A stretch of 64,000 nucleotides of DNA from contig DAHZHT010000007.1 in the NCBI GenBank assembly GCA_027406905.1, positions 1,024-65,023 of the forward strand, written 5' to 3'. Within the stretch, counting starts at the first letter, position 1, and the number at the start of each line of letters is the position of its first letter. The notes beneath the pieces are model-generated. The model was not told where the DNA came from and made no database searches. It worked only from the letters and a program-made list of their open reading frames with translations. The stretch is from Elusimicrobiota bacterium (GTDB lineage Bacteria; Elusimicrobiota; Elusimicrobia; UBA1565; UBA9628). This document shows, piece by piece, positions 1 to 8,517 of this stretch. Both the position numbers and the translations under genes were made by a program.

Positions 1-416
1 CTCATGAGACGTTGCAGGAGAGTATTTTCAGAAAAGCCACCATTCACATATCGTGACGCTATGATTACATCATGGTTAGGGCGTTCACTCAAAAGCCTGG
101 ATATAAATTCGGGGGGATGAGATCCATCCGCATCCATTACTAATATCCAAGAACCACGCGCGCGTCGTATGCCAGTGCGCACAGCATCGCCATACTTATC
201 ACCGCCGTTCCGAGGGAAACAAGAGGCTCCATATTGGGCGCAAACGGCGGCGGTATTATCTAGGGGGTGTGGGGTATCCACCACTAACATCTCGAACGAT
301 TCGCCTGTCTGGCGCAAGGCTTGACGAAGACGCGGCAAGAGGATTCTGAGGTTTTCTTCCTCTAAGAAAGCCGGCATCACAACACTGATGCTAATAGCGT
401 CGTTCAAGGGTCTCAA
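1..416 (-). CDS. Glycosyltransferase family 2 (GT-A, polyprenol-phosphate sugar transferase-like); C-terminus cut by window edge
   Basis: Not in the ORF track because it runs off the window. Hand translation of the minus strand gives LNDAISISVVMPAFLEEENLRILLPRLRQAL...FEMLVVDTPHPLDNTAAV...GSWILVMDADGSHPPEFISRLL...DVIIASRYVNGG. This is the classic GT2 N-terminal layout with a DAD (DxD) motif. An in-frame stop at 447-449 bounds the start; TTG 416/407 or ATG 377 are possible. Confidence 0.7.
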   Translation of the reverse strand, partial: MRPLNDAISISVVMPAFLEEENLRILLPRLRQALRQTGESFEMLVVDTPHPLDNTAAVCAQYGASCFPRNGGDKYGDAVRTGIRRARGSWILVMDADGSHPPEFISRLLSERPNHDVIIASRYVNGGFSENTLLQRLM

Positions 417-604
417 TCCAAGCCACTGCGCTACACATATCTTCTTTCACCGACATGGTCGACAACTTCCAATCTATGATTTTAATATATCTCATTTGGG
501 ATTAAAAAAGTTTCGGGGAATCCCGTTTTCATACTGAGGGTCGTCGCAATCCCAACGAGTCTTCACTTTTCGAAACTGTTGCATTAGCATATTGAACTTA
601 GGTC

Positions 605-2590
605 CTATTGCGATTTCTCCATCATATTGGCCGCTAACCCATATTGCTCCCCATACTTATCCAAATAGGAGTGAAGATAATACCCTCTAGTCTTCGCCTC
701 GCCTGCAGTCCAGAGTATCAAATCACGTGTAAATGTTGGGGAACTAACAGGAAATGATTTCTGGAGGTCAGGCGCCATAAGATAAACTCGCCACAACTGT
801 TCCAACGCGAGACGAAACTGGGGGGTGTTTTTTTCAAATTCCAGGTAAGCCAACGGGCGACTAGGATTTCTAACAATCTCTGCCGCGAGCGAGATATATT
901 CCGTGGCGTATTGATCCAAGTAAGGGTGAAGATAATATCCTTTTGAAATGGCATCACCGCGTGCCCAGTTAATTAAATCAGGTACAAACGTTGGAGAAGC
1001 CGGATCATATGTCTCCTTAAGGTCAGGACTTATGAAATACACCTCCCAAAGCCGCCTCAGCGCTCCTTTATAAGTGGGATTTTCATTCATAATCGACAAG
1101 TAAGAGATAGGCGGGGAAATCCGTTTCTGAACATCTACCGGAAGCCGCCCTTGCCCCAAATGGAATACACTCAGGTGATTACGCTCCAGAAAGGACGCTT
1201 GCTCAAAAAACTTAGGCATATTTTTATCATCGGTCAGCATTCTCTCAATTCTTATCGCTGATTGATGGGTATAATCCAGCAACACTGAAACACTCAACCA
1301 GCGTTGCATACGAGTCTTTCGACCATTCACAATACCCCAATAGGTATTATTAGTCACCAAGGCAACAGAAAAAACAACCCAAGAAATCATCCACAATACG
1401 CTAATTCTTTTAGAGACTGAAGCAAAAAAGATGTTATGAATACTCACAAGATAAATTCCCACGATAAGAGGAATAATGAACGTCGTATAATAGGCATAGG
1501 AGCTAGAAATGGCCTCGTCTATACCGGAATGCAACCTGCCAATCAATAGAAACCCAGCATGAAGTAAGCCGAAAGCCATGAGCGCTACAGGGAAAGCATA
1601 GATCCTCCGTTTTGGCGTACGAGCGATACGCACAAGAAAAAATCCAATGGTTAGCAACAGGACGAGTCCAATCCCAACCACCCTCTTTGATGTCTGATTA
1701 ATGAAAATAGATCCAAGCATAGCTGCGTAGAATTCAATGCTGTAAAGCGGTCGGTTGATAAGCAGATGGAAGAGATTGCCTGGGGTTAAACCGCTACCCT
1801 CTCCAATATGATGCACCCCCAAGGTTTCTACATAAAGGATCGTAGTGGCAACAAATAAAAATGTCCAAAGAAAAAATTTCATATCTTTCCATGGAGTCGC
1901 AAAGCACTCCTCATTACGAAACCAAAGATAAATACAGCCTGCTGGCCAAACTAAAAGCCCATCAGCTGAACAGAAAGATGCGATAAAAGCAACCACTGCG
2001 GCAAATCCAAATGCCGCTTCAGGCAACAAGCTACTCTCCGTAGCAAATGAGAGGAGTTTTAGTGCTAAAAAAAGACAGAAAGTAATCATATACCAAGCAA
2101 TACCTAGGCCCCAAAGAGCATCCCGATGCTGAGAAAATGAAAACATGAAACAAGAAAGTGGCACAAGTATCCAAAACGAATAATAGCCTTTAGGCATATC
2201 CTTAATGGCCGATGAAACCAACAAGAAAAACGCCCCGGCCTGTAACGCAATTCCGCAATACATAACAGCCTTCATATTCATATAAGTAAGACGCTCAATC
2301 AAGACTTCAAACAACACCTTGAAAAACTCATGATGCTCCCCATTATGGCTTTGAAAAATGGCCCACCAATTAACATCACCATGAATATAGTGACGGTAAA
2401 AATCCACATTGGCCCACTCATCCCAATGCGGAACATTGACACCAAAGGAGTATACAAAGGCAAATAACATAAGCAAGGGTATGACAACCATAATAACGGG
2501 AAGATAGACTCGCACAAACATCTCTAATGAGAGTGGGCACTTAATAGTCCTTTCCCCAAATAAGCGAGCCTTCAATTGCTCAAATTTCAT
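605..2590 (-). CDS. Polytopic membrane protein, GT-C-like candidate glycan transferase/polymerase, with two copies of a C-terminal ~75-aa 'PDLQ' module
   Basis: 661-aa ORF with many hydrophobic helices in the first ~440 aa. The N-terminal motif VNVPHWDEW is shared with the next ORF (VNVLFWDEW). The soluble tail carries two repeats: RRLWEVYFISPDLKETY...GYYLHPYLDQY and EQLWRVYLMAPDLQKSF...GYYLHSYLDKY. Function is inferred only from topology and glycan-locus context. Confidence 0.55.
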   Translation of the reverse strand: MKFEQLKARLFGERTIKCPLSLEMFVRVYLPVIMVVIPLLMLFAFVYSFGVNVPHWDEWANVDFYRHYIHGDVNWWAIFQSHNGEHHEFFKVLFEVLIERLTYMNMKAVMYCGIALQAGAFFLLVSSAIKDMPKGYYSFWILVPLSCFMFSFSQHRDALWGLGIAWYMITFCLFLALKLLSFATESSLLPEAAFGFAAVVAFIASFCSADGLLVWPAGCIYLWFRNEECFATPWKDMKFFLWTFLFVATTILYVETLGVHHIGEGSGLTPGNLFHLLINRPLYSIEFYAAMLGSIFINQTSKRVVGIGLVLLLTIGFFLVRIARTPKRRIYAFPVALMAFGLLHAGFLLIGRLHSGIDEAISSSYAYYTTFIIPLIVGIYLVSIHNIFFASVSKRISVLWMISWVVFSVALVTNNTYWGIVNGRKTRMQRWLSVSVLLDYTHQSAIRIERMLTDDKNMPKFFEQASFLERNHLSVFHLGQGRLPVDVQKRISPPISYLSIMNENPTYKGALRRLWEVYFISPDLKETYDPASPTFVPDLINWARGDAISKGYYLHPYLDQYATEYISLAAEIVRNPSRPLAYLEFEKNTPQFRLALEQLWRVYLMAPDLQKSFPVSSPTFTRDLILWTAGEAKTRGYYLHSYLDKYGEQYGLAANMMEKSQ

Positions 2591-2597
2591 AATTTGT

Positions 2598-4313
2598 TCA
2601 ATCTAGTTTTTTAGAATTTATCTGGTTGAATAACAAAACAAACTGTTTCCCATAGGGATTAAGTTGATCCTGTAAATAGTATCCCTTCTCTTTAGCTTCT
2701 CCGGAGGCCCAACGAATGATATCATAGGAGAAAGACGCCGTCCTTACTCGAAAAGCTTTTTGCAAATCCGGAGCGATGGTATAGACATCCCAAAGTCGTT
2801 CAAGAGCTTCTTTATCGCCAGGATTGGCTTTCTCAATGTCCAAGTAGGATTCTGGCGGCCTCGCAAGATCGAGAATCTCCAACGGGAGAGAAATCCCTCC
2901 TGCCTGAAAAACATTCAAGTATCGAGAATTTAAAAATTCTGCCTGTGCCGCGACAAAATCATAACTGCCGAACACGGTTCTCTCTATTTTAAACCGTGGC
3001 TCGCTTTGGTAATGTAATACCTCAACCGCGTTAAGAGCTTGGGCGAAGCGCCACTCTCGGCCGCGCGCCACACCGCGAAATACATTCGAAAACGTGAAGG
3101 CAAGCAAAAATACTCCCAGAAGGATCTGACCGGATTTTGCCACGATGGCGGAATGGGTTTCGATGTAATTCTGATTAACAAAGCAAAGGTATATTCCCAA
3201 TAAAATCAAGAGATTATAGGCAGTGTAGTGGGATTCAAAAGCCTGACTGAAACCAAAGCTGGATCGGCCAGCCGCCAGCATGATGTCAAAGAATAATCCA
3301 AAAACAATAAGAGCGGCTGGAACAGCGTAGGCGCTTGTGTTTTTTGAGCGAAAGAAATTGATAATTGCAAGCCCAATGAGCGCATAAAGGACAATCCCCA
3401 ACAACACAGCCCAATGGGGGCGGATTCCAATCACAACGGCACCTAAACTTGCGAGCATGAATTTAAAGGTATAAAGAGGATGTTTTAGAGCGCCCAGGAC
3501 AGCCTGATGAACGCTTTGCGGCCCAGCGTCGGCGGGATTCAGGAGTGAAAAATATACTACCCAACAGAGGAAACCTGAAACAATCCACGCGGTGAAGCGC
3601 GGGTTCTTCCAAAAATATTTTAGGCTTGACCACTCTTTAGCAAACAAAAAAACTAGGCCAGCGGGCCATACCAACAAACCCTGGACCGAAGAAAAAGATG
3701 CAACGACTCCGCACACAATTGCGCCGAACGTGAGAGGGAGATTAGCAGAGCCACCAAACTTGTCATTTTCAAAACTCTCATCCAACAATACAAACGCCGC
3801 TAAAGAAAAAAATGTGATTATGAACCATGCGGTCTGAAAACCCCACAACATATTCTGATATTGACAGAATGAAAACATCAGACAGGCAAGGGAAACCAAA
3901 TGCCAATATTTATTTATCGTATCAGGAAGATTCTTTCGCGCTAAAAACCAAACGAGCCCTAAAGAAGCCGTTTGAAAAACGGCCCCGATATACATGAGCG
4001 CCTTATTATTGAATCCTGTGAGAAAGTCCATGGCCAACATGAGTAGGTACGGAAAAAACATAATATTCCCATTATGCTGCGCCTCAAACAATGAAAAAAG
4101 CCCCGCATGTCCTTCAACACAAGCCTTATAGAGTGGAACTATCTGCCACTCGTCCCAAAACAACACATTGACGCCGTAGGCATGGACATAGGCGAAATAG
4201 GAAAGCGCCAAAAATATCGTTAATGCTAGAGGAAGATAGACGTGAAATAATCGTGAACTACTTCCGCTTTTAGGTGTCAAGACAGAGGCTTTAGCGGTTT
4301 CCATAATCATCAC
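2598..4313 (-). CDS. Paralogous polytopic GT-C-like membrane protein with one C-terminal 'PDLQ' module
   Basis: 571-aa ORF with the same helix pattern and WDEW motif as 605..2590. The tail reads ERLWDVYTIAPDLQKAF...GYYLQDQLNPY. It sits 7 nt upstream of its paralogue. Confidence 0.55.
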   Translation of the reverse strand: MMIMETAKASVLTPKSGSSSRLFHVYLPLALTIFLALSYFAYVHAYGVNVLFWDEWQIVPLYKACVEGHAGLFSLFEAQHNGNIMFFPYLLMLAMDFLTGFNNKALMYIGAVFQTASLGLVWFLARKNLPDTINKYWHLVSLACLMFSFCQYQNMLWGFQTAWFIITFFSLAAFVLLDESFENDKFGGSANLPLTFGAIVCGVVASFSSVQGLLVWPAGLVFLFAKEWSSLKYFWKNPRFTAWIVSGFLCWVVYFSLLNPADAGPQSVHQAVLGALKHPLYTFKFMLASLGAVVIGIRPHWAVLLGIVLYALIGLAIINFFRSKNTSAYAVPAALIVFGLFFDIMLAAGRSSFGFSQAFESHYTAYNLLILLGIYLCFVNQNYIETHSAIVAKSGQILLGVFLLAFTFSNVFRGVARGREWRFAQALNAVEVLHYQSEPRFKIERTVFGSYDFVAAQAEFLNSRYLNVFQAGGISLPLEILDLARPPESYLDIEKANPGDKEALERLWDVYTIAPDLQKAFRVRTASFSYDIIRWASGEAKEKGYYLQDQLNPYGKQFVLLFNQINSKKLD

Positions 4314-4329
4314 AATTCTCAGACCTCAT

Positions 4330-7300
4330 CTATGGATGAAAGCCCCTCCTGGGCGCCGAGGATTCAAGCACTTTTTTTGTTGCCTCCAAAAAAGATCTCC
4401 CATATTTTAAATCGGGTTCTAGGTATGAACCCTCCGCCCATTCGTTCCAGGCATTGATAAACACCAGCCTCTCGTCTCCCTTAAATCTCCGCATCGTATA
4501 ATGGATACTATTTTGAAGCCACTCCGCGTATTTTTCCGGAGAAGCGTCGTGAAAGATCACGGCATTCTTGCCATGCCTCGGAGTGTTGTCCCAGGCCAGC
4601 ATCACGTCTTTATACCTCTTATAAGGAGTATCTTCTCGATCCGAATAATACCGGATGATTTTTGCATAGTCGAAAATTTTTCCTTGGAATTGAGGGCTGA
4701 CATTTAACTTATCAAGTTTATCATAAAGCAATTCGTCCGGAAGAATAAAAGTCGGGACCTCGTAAGAAGCGTCAAAGCCGATGTCATTGGGATTAGTGAA
4801 GGGATCAAAGCCTTCGCAACGCACAAGATAGATATCTCCAAACCCCGCTTTTCGGACCTCATTTCTCCAGGTCTCGGTAGTTGCTAGCGGATTCGGAAAC
4901 AATTCCGTCCGGTAGACGAGCAACAAAGGCTTCCCGTCCACTCTGATATATCGGGGATCCTCAAAGGCGGGGAAAAGATGCCGGATAAAGTTCAGGTCGT
5001 CTTGGTGGGAGTGCTCCTGCGCAATCAGAATATCATTATGCATGCCGTCCCATCGTCGGGTCCAATTCTCATTTGCCCAGCAAAAACAGAAAGGAAGGTT
5101 CGGCTTCTTGGACCGCAACATATAATCTATCGGCTTATGAAGTAACCTTCTGCCTTGAAACCAATAGAGATAATAACAAAACCCTTCAATGCCATATTCC
5201 TTAGCAAGATCGGCCTGATGATCCATAACTTCAGGCACCCTTAAATCATAATGCCCCAAATCCCCAGGAAGACGCGGTTGGTATTGGCCATCATAAAAGG
5301 GGCGCGCCTTGGCGACATTGCGCCATTCCGTAAAACCTTTGCCCCAATGCTTATCGTTCTCGGGAATGGGGTGATATTGAGGCAAGTAAAACGCGATAAG
5401 ACGCGGGTGTTTCAATCCCACTTCAACAGGTTGAGAAGAATTCGGCAATTTCGCATCAGGTAATTCCACGCTCAACGGATAGATTTCTTGGTCGCCTCCC
5501 TTGTGCGCCAATTGAGTTTCCAACCTTTTCATAACAGCTTGAAAAACGACATCAACGGGAATATCAGCTGCCGGACCCGCTTCATTGTATACTAAAGTAG
5601 CATTGCTCCCATCGGCATAGCCGCCTGTATACGGATTGTATTTCTTAAATTGATTGAATTGGCCCAAAAGGACCACTCCGGGAGTTTGGACTGCGTTTGC
5701 CAAGTGAGCTGGGCCGCTATCAACCCCGACAAAAAGAGCCCCACGTTTGATGACTTCAGCGGTTTCAAGCACAGAAAGGCGCCCACAAACGTTTATTTGG
5801 CCTTCCAATTCATGCAGAATGGGAACAAGGCCAACTTCTATGATTTTTAAAGCAGTTTTTTCCCGAATAAGAGCGGCCAATTCTTCCCATTTCCTAGGAG
5901 ACCAATCTTTGCTGACCTCGTTTGAAAAACAATGTAAAACGACAAATTCCTTGGGTAAATCCAAATGATCAACGTTTCTTCTCGCCTCATCTGGAATATA
6001 AACACGCGGCTGTTCGTCCAAGGGCTCAATGCCAGCGCCAATACAGAAAGACTTCAATAAACTCCCATGATTAAAATAATTGTCACCCGTGATGGAGATA
6101 TCCCCTTGAAGCTTGCTGAGCGGGACACCACAGTCCTGGCAAATTCTGCCATTCACATGGAGGTCAACGACCTCATCAAAGACGCGATGATAAACCATTT
6201 TGATCCAGTCGGTCAGGCAATCAACGACGATGGCCTCGTCAATATAGGGATTATTCGAAATGATCTCACGGTAAGGGGCCTTCACGACCCAATAGAGATG
6301 TGCCTTTGGGTTTTTTGCCTTAAGGCGCCGCGCCACCGGTTCACAAGCGACAATGTCTCCCAAATGCTCAATGAGGCCAATACCAATGGTGTGGGATATA
6401 TTTCGGGTTTTTGTTCTCGCTAGAAAGGATGTGGCTATGCCCACGGTTGCCCTTGGGACGTCTGCGGCCTTGCCAGCGCTAGGATTGGACAAACGCAGAA
6501 ATTCCATATGTATCTGATGCTTCGCCACAAGCGAATTTGAATCCATAGCGAGGCGCTTGAACGCCGCAATCAGCGGCGCAATCCCCTTCTTGCGCCAAAC
6601 GAAATAAACCTCTCGGGCAAAGGCCCTATGGCGGAGGGGATTGCTAATCACCTTCTTAAGGTAAGGCCTTGCAATCTGATAGGCTGTCGCCAATTTTGAT
6701 AGGTATACGATTTTAATATTGGAAATCTTAAAGCGACTTATGCTGTCAGCGGGATCTAAGCGCAATGCCACAAGACATTTTGGAAACGGTAAAACGGCCG
6801 ATATCTTGCCCTGCGTCGGCATAGGTAGAAGAAAAGATCTTCCTTCGCTAAATCCATTGCCTTCATCCCAGTAGAGACGCGGGTGTCTCGGATTTTCCAG
6901 AAATTCAAGCTCAAATTCGATCTTCATCCAGCCGCCGCGTAAGCGAGACTTGCGGCGTGGGCAAAGCAGGAAACAAGGGTCGCTTCCCGTTGATTGATAG
7001 AGACAGGGTTGTTCTTCCCGCAGATGATGGATCGGCTGAGGTTCCAAATCAATACTTCCAGAGATTGCGAATAGAAATGCGCTTTGCGCTTTAAAAGTAA
7101 AATAACGCCAACTTTTATATCCATGACGCAGCACTATTCCCAAAAGCCTTAACGGGCGCGGCCAACGCCAGGATCTTGAGGAAAGAATCAAATTAAGTTC
7201 ACGTTCTAGCCCTTGGTTTTTCTCGGCAGTCTTTACTAACTCTTGCTCAAACCGCACGGAAGCTTCGCGCAAAACTTTAATTTCACCATCCTTTTGCCCC

Positions 7301-8517
7301 AGGGCTTCCACTGATTGTTTAAGTTCACGCTCTAGCCGCACAGACGTTTCGTGCAAAACCTTAATCTCACCATCCTTTTGCCCCAGGGCTTCCACTGATT
7401 GTTTAAGTTCACGTTCTAGCCCTTGGTTTTTCTCGGCAGTCTTTACTAACTCTTGCTCAAGTCGCGCAGACATTTCGCGTAATCTCTCAAATTGCTCTGT
7501 ATAGGCAACTATATGCTGCTCGCGCTCCCCAGCGACCTCCTGCGTCATTTCAAGCTTTACCTGCAATTGGTCAATTGACGATTGCATTGAAACTAATGCT
7601 GGTGATGGATAATTTACGCCTACAACCTTAGCTGGAGACGTGTGAACTAATATCTCGCCTGAGTACTGCGGTTTATGCAATAGCATAAGTGCCAAATCAT
7701 CTGCGGTGTTAATCTCTGGCAAAGGACGTCCTTGACGATCAAAAAGCCGCTTGGCATCCTTCCAATTGATTTTTTCCAACTTTTTCAGAGATATCATCAG
7801 CAGACCGAATTCTTTTGCCCCACTAAAAATATCATCTGAATTACCAAAGTAGTTGTCACGATTATAGGCCGAACTCAACAAACCAAACGATTGATAGCCG
7901 CGTGAACGGCAAAACTCCAACAACTGAATTCCTGCTGATAGAGAATTGCATTCGGCAAATATAGTTGGTTGCCAGTTGGATATGGATTCCCGCGCTCCAT
8001 CAATCACTTGACGCTCCATGCCCTCAACATCAATCTTAATAAAATCGATTTTCCCCAACTTCAATTGGTCAATGGTAGTTATTGGGCATTTATAACCCTT
8101 GCCAGTTTCTATGGCCGAAGGACAATCTATCAGAGAAAAACTCCCCAGGCTTCCCTTGACCTTCAGATCAATGCTCGGCAATAAAATTTTTCCTTGGCGG
8201 TCGGACAGGGCGACATTCAGCGCGGAAATATTGCTGATTTTATTGGCCGAAATATTTCGAGATAAGAAATCAAAGATTTCCCGGCGCGGTTCAACAGCGT
8301 AGACAGAGCCCTTGTTTCCCACGAAGCGTGAAAAAGCGAGCGCGTGCGTCCCAATATAGGCTCCAATATCCAGAACTTGATCTCCTTGAGCAATAAACGA
8401 GGACAGGACCTCCAGTTCATCTTCTGCCCATTCACCGTATATAGTCAATGACCGCGATAGGATCTCATCCGAATCGATCACGTCCATTGTTCCGTATCGA
8501 GTCTTAACAATGCTCAT
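4330..8517 (-). CDS. Multidomain glycan-assembly protein: FkbM-type SAM methyltransferase + coiled coil + GT9-like (heptosyltransferase-fold) domain + WbsX-type glycosyltransferase domain
   Basis: 1395-aa ORF.
- N-terminus: VLDIGAYIGTHALAF...IDFIKIDVEGMERQVI (FkbM-like).
- Residues ~310-450: heptad-rich, with internal repeats.
- Middle: IGIGLIEHLGDIVACEP...FVGVDSGPAHLANAV (GT9 signature).
- C-terminus: IAFYLPQYHPIPENDKHWGKGFTEWRNV...FCWANENWTRRWDG (WbsX family signature).
There is a 4-nt overlap with wzt. Confidence 0.75.
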   Translation of the reverse strand: MSIVKTRYGTMDVIDSDEILSRSLTIYGEWAEDELEVLSSFIAQGDQVLDIGAYIGTHALAFSRFVGNKGSVYAVEPRREIFDFLSRNISANKISNISALNVALSDRQGKILLPSIDLKVKGSLGSFSLIDCPSAIETGKGYKCPITTIDQLKLGKIDFIKIDVEGMERQVIDGARESISNWQPTIFAECNSLSAGIQLLEFCRSRGYQSFGLLSSAYNRDNYFGNSDDIFSGAKEFGLLMISLKKLEKINWKDAKRLFDRQGRPLPEINTADDLALMLLHKPQYSGEILVHTSPAKVVGVNYPSPALVSMQSSIDQLQVKLEMTQEVAGEREQHIVAYTEQFERLREMSARLEQELVKTAEKNQGLERELKQSVEALGQKDGEIKVLHETSVRLERELKQSVEALGQKDGEIKVLREASVRFEQELVKTAEKNQGLERELNLILSSRSWRWPRPLRLLGIVLRHGYKSWRYFTFKAQSAFLFAISGSIDLEPQPIHHLREEQPCLYQSTGSDPCFLLCPRRKSRLRGGWMKIEFELEFLENPRHPRLYWDEGNGFSEGRSFLLPMPTQGKISAVLPFPKCLVALRLDPADSISRFKISNIKIVYLSKLATAYQIARPYLKKVISNPLRHRAFAREVYFVWRKKGIAPLIAAFKRLAMDSNSLVAKHQIHMEFLRLSNPSAGKAADVPRATVGIATSFLARTKTRNISHTIGIGLIEHLGDIVACEPVARRLKAKNPKAHLYWVVKAPYREIISNNPYIDEAIVVDCLTDWIKMVYHRVFDEVVDLHVNGRICQDCGVPLSKLQGDISITGDNYFNHGSLLKSFCIGAGIEPLDEQPRVYIPDEARRNVDHLDLPKEFVVLHCFSNEVSKDWSPRKWEELAALIREKTALKIIEVGLVPILHELEGQINVCGRLSVLETAEVIKRGALFVGVDSGPAHLANAVQTPGVVLLGQFNQFKKYNPYTGGYADGSNATLVYNEAGPAADIPVDVVFQAVMKRLETQLAHKGGDQEIYPLSVELPDAKLPNSSQPVEVGLKHPRLIAFYLPQYHPIPENDKHWGKGFTEWRNVAKARPFYDGQYQPRLPGDLGHYDLRVPEVMDHQADLAKEYGIEGFCYYLYWFQGRRLLHKPIDYMLRSKKPNLPFCFCWANENWTRRWDGMHNDILIAQEHSHQDDLNFIRHLFPAFEDPRYIRVDGKPLLLVYRTELFPNPLATTETWRNEVRKAGFGDIYLVRCEGFDPFTNPNDIGFDASYEVPTFILPDELLYDKLDKLNVSPQFQGKIFDYAKIIRYYSDREDTPYKRYKDVMLAWDNTPRHGKNAVIFHDASPEKYAEWLQNSIHYTMRRFKGDERLVFINAWNEWAEGSYLEPDLKYGRSFLEATKKVLESSAPRRGFHP
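7195..7460. repeat. Nested perfect direct repeats inside the coiled-coil coding segment (56-nt pair and 47-nt pair)
   Basis: The 56-mer AAGTTCACGTTCTAGCCCTTGGTTTTTCTCGGCAGTCTTTACTAACTCTTGCTCAA occurs at 7195-7250 and 7405-7460. The 47-mer TCACCATCCTTTTGCCCCAGGGCTTCCACTGATTGTTTAAGTTCACG occurs at 7283-7329 and 7367-7413, an offset of 84 nt (28 codons). At protein level the pattern is EQELVKTAEKNQGLEREL / QSVEALGQKDGEIKVL x2 / EQELVKTAEKNQGLEREL. Confidence 0.9.

Noticed and set aside
7195-7460. Repeat cluster that could be mistaken for a short CRISPR-like or VNTR array
   Set aside because: It lies entirely inside a long intact ORF and translates to heptad coiled-coil repeats. The repeat units are of two kinds, nested rather than regularly spaced, and there are no spacer-like unique segments of constant length.
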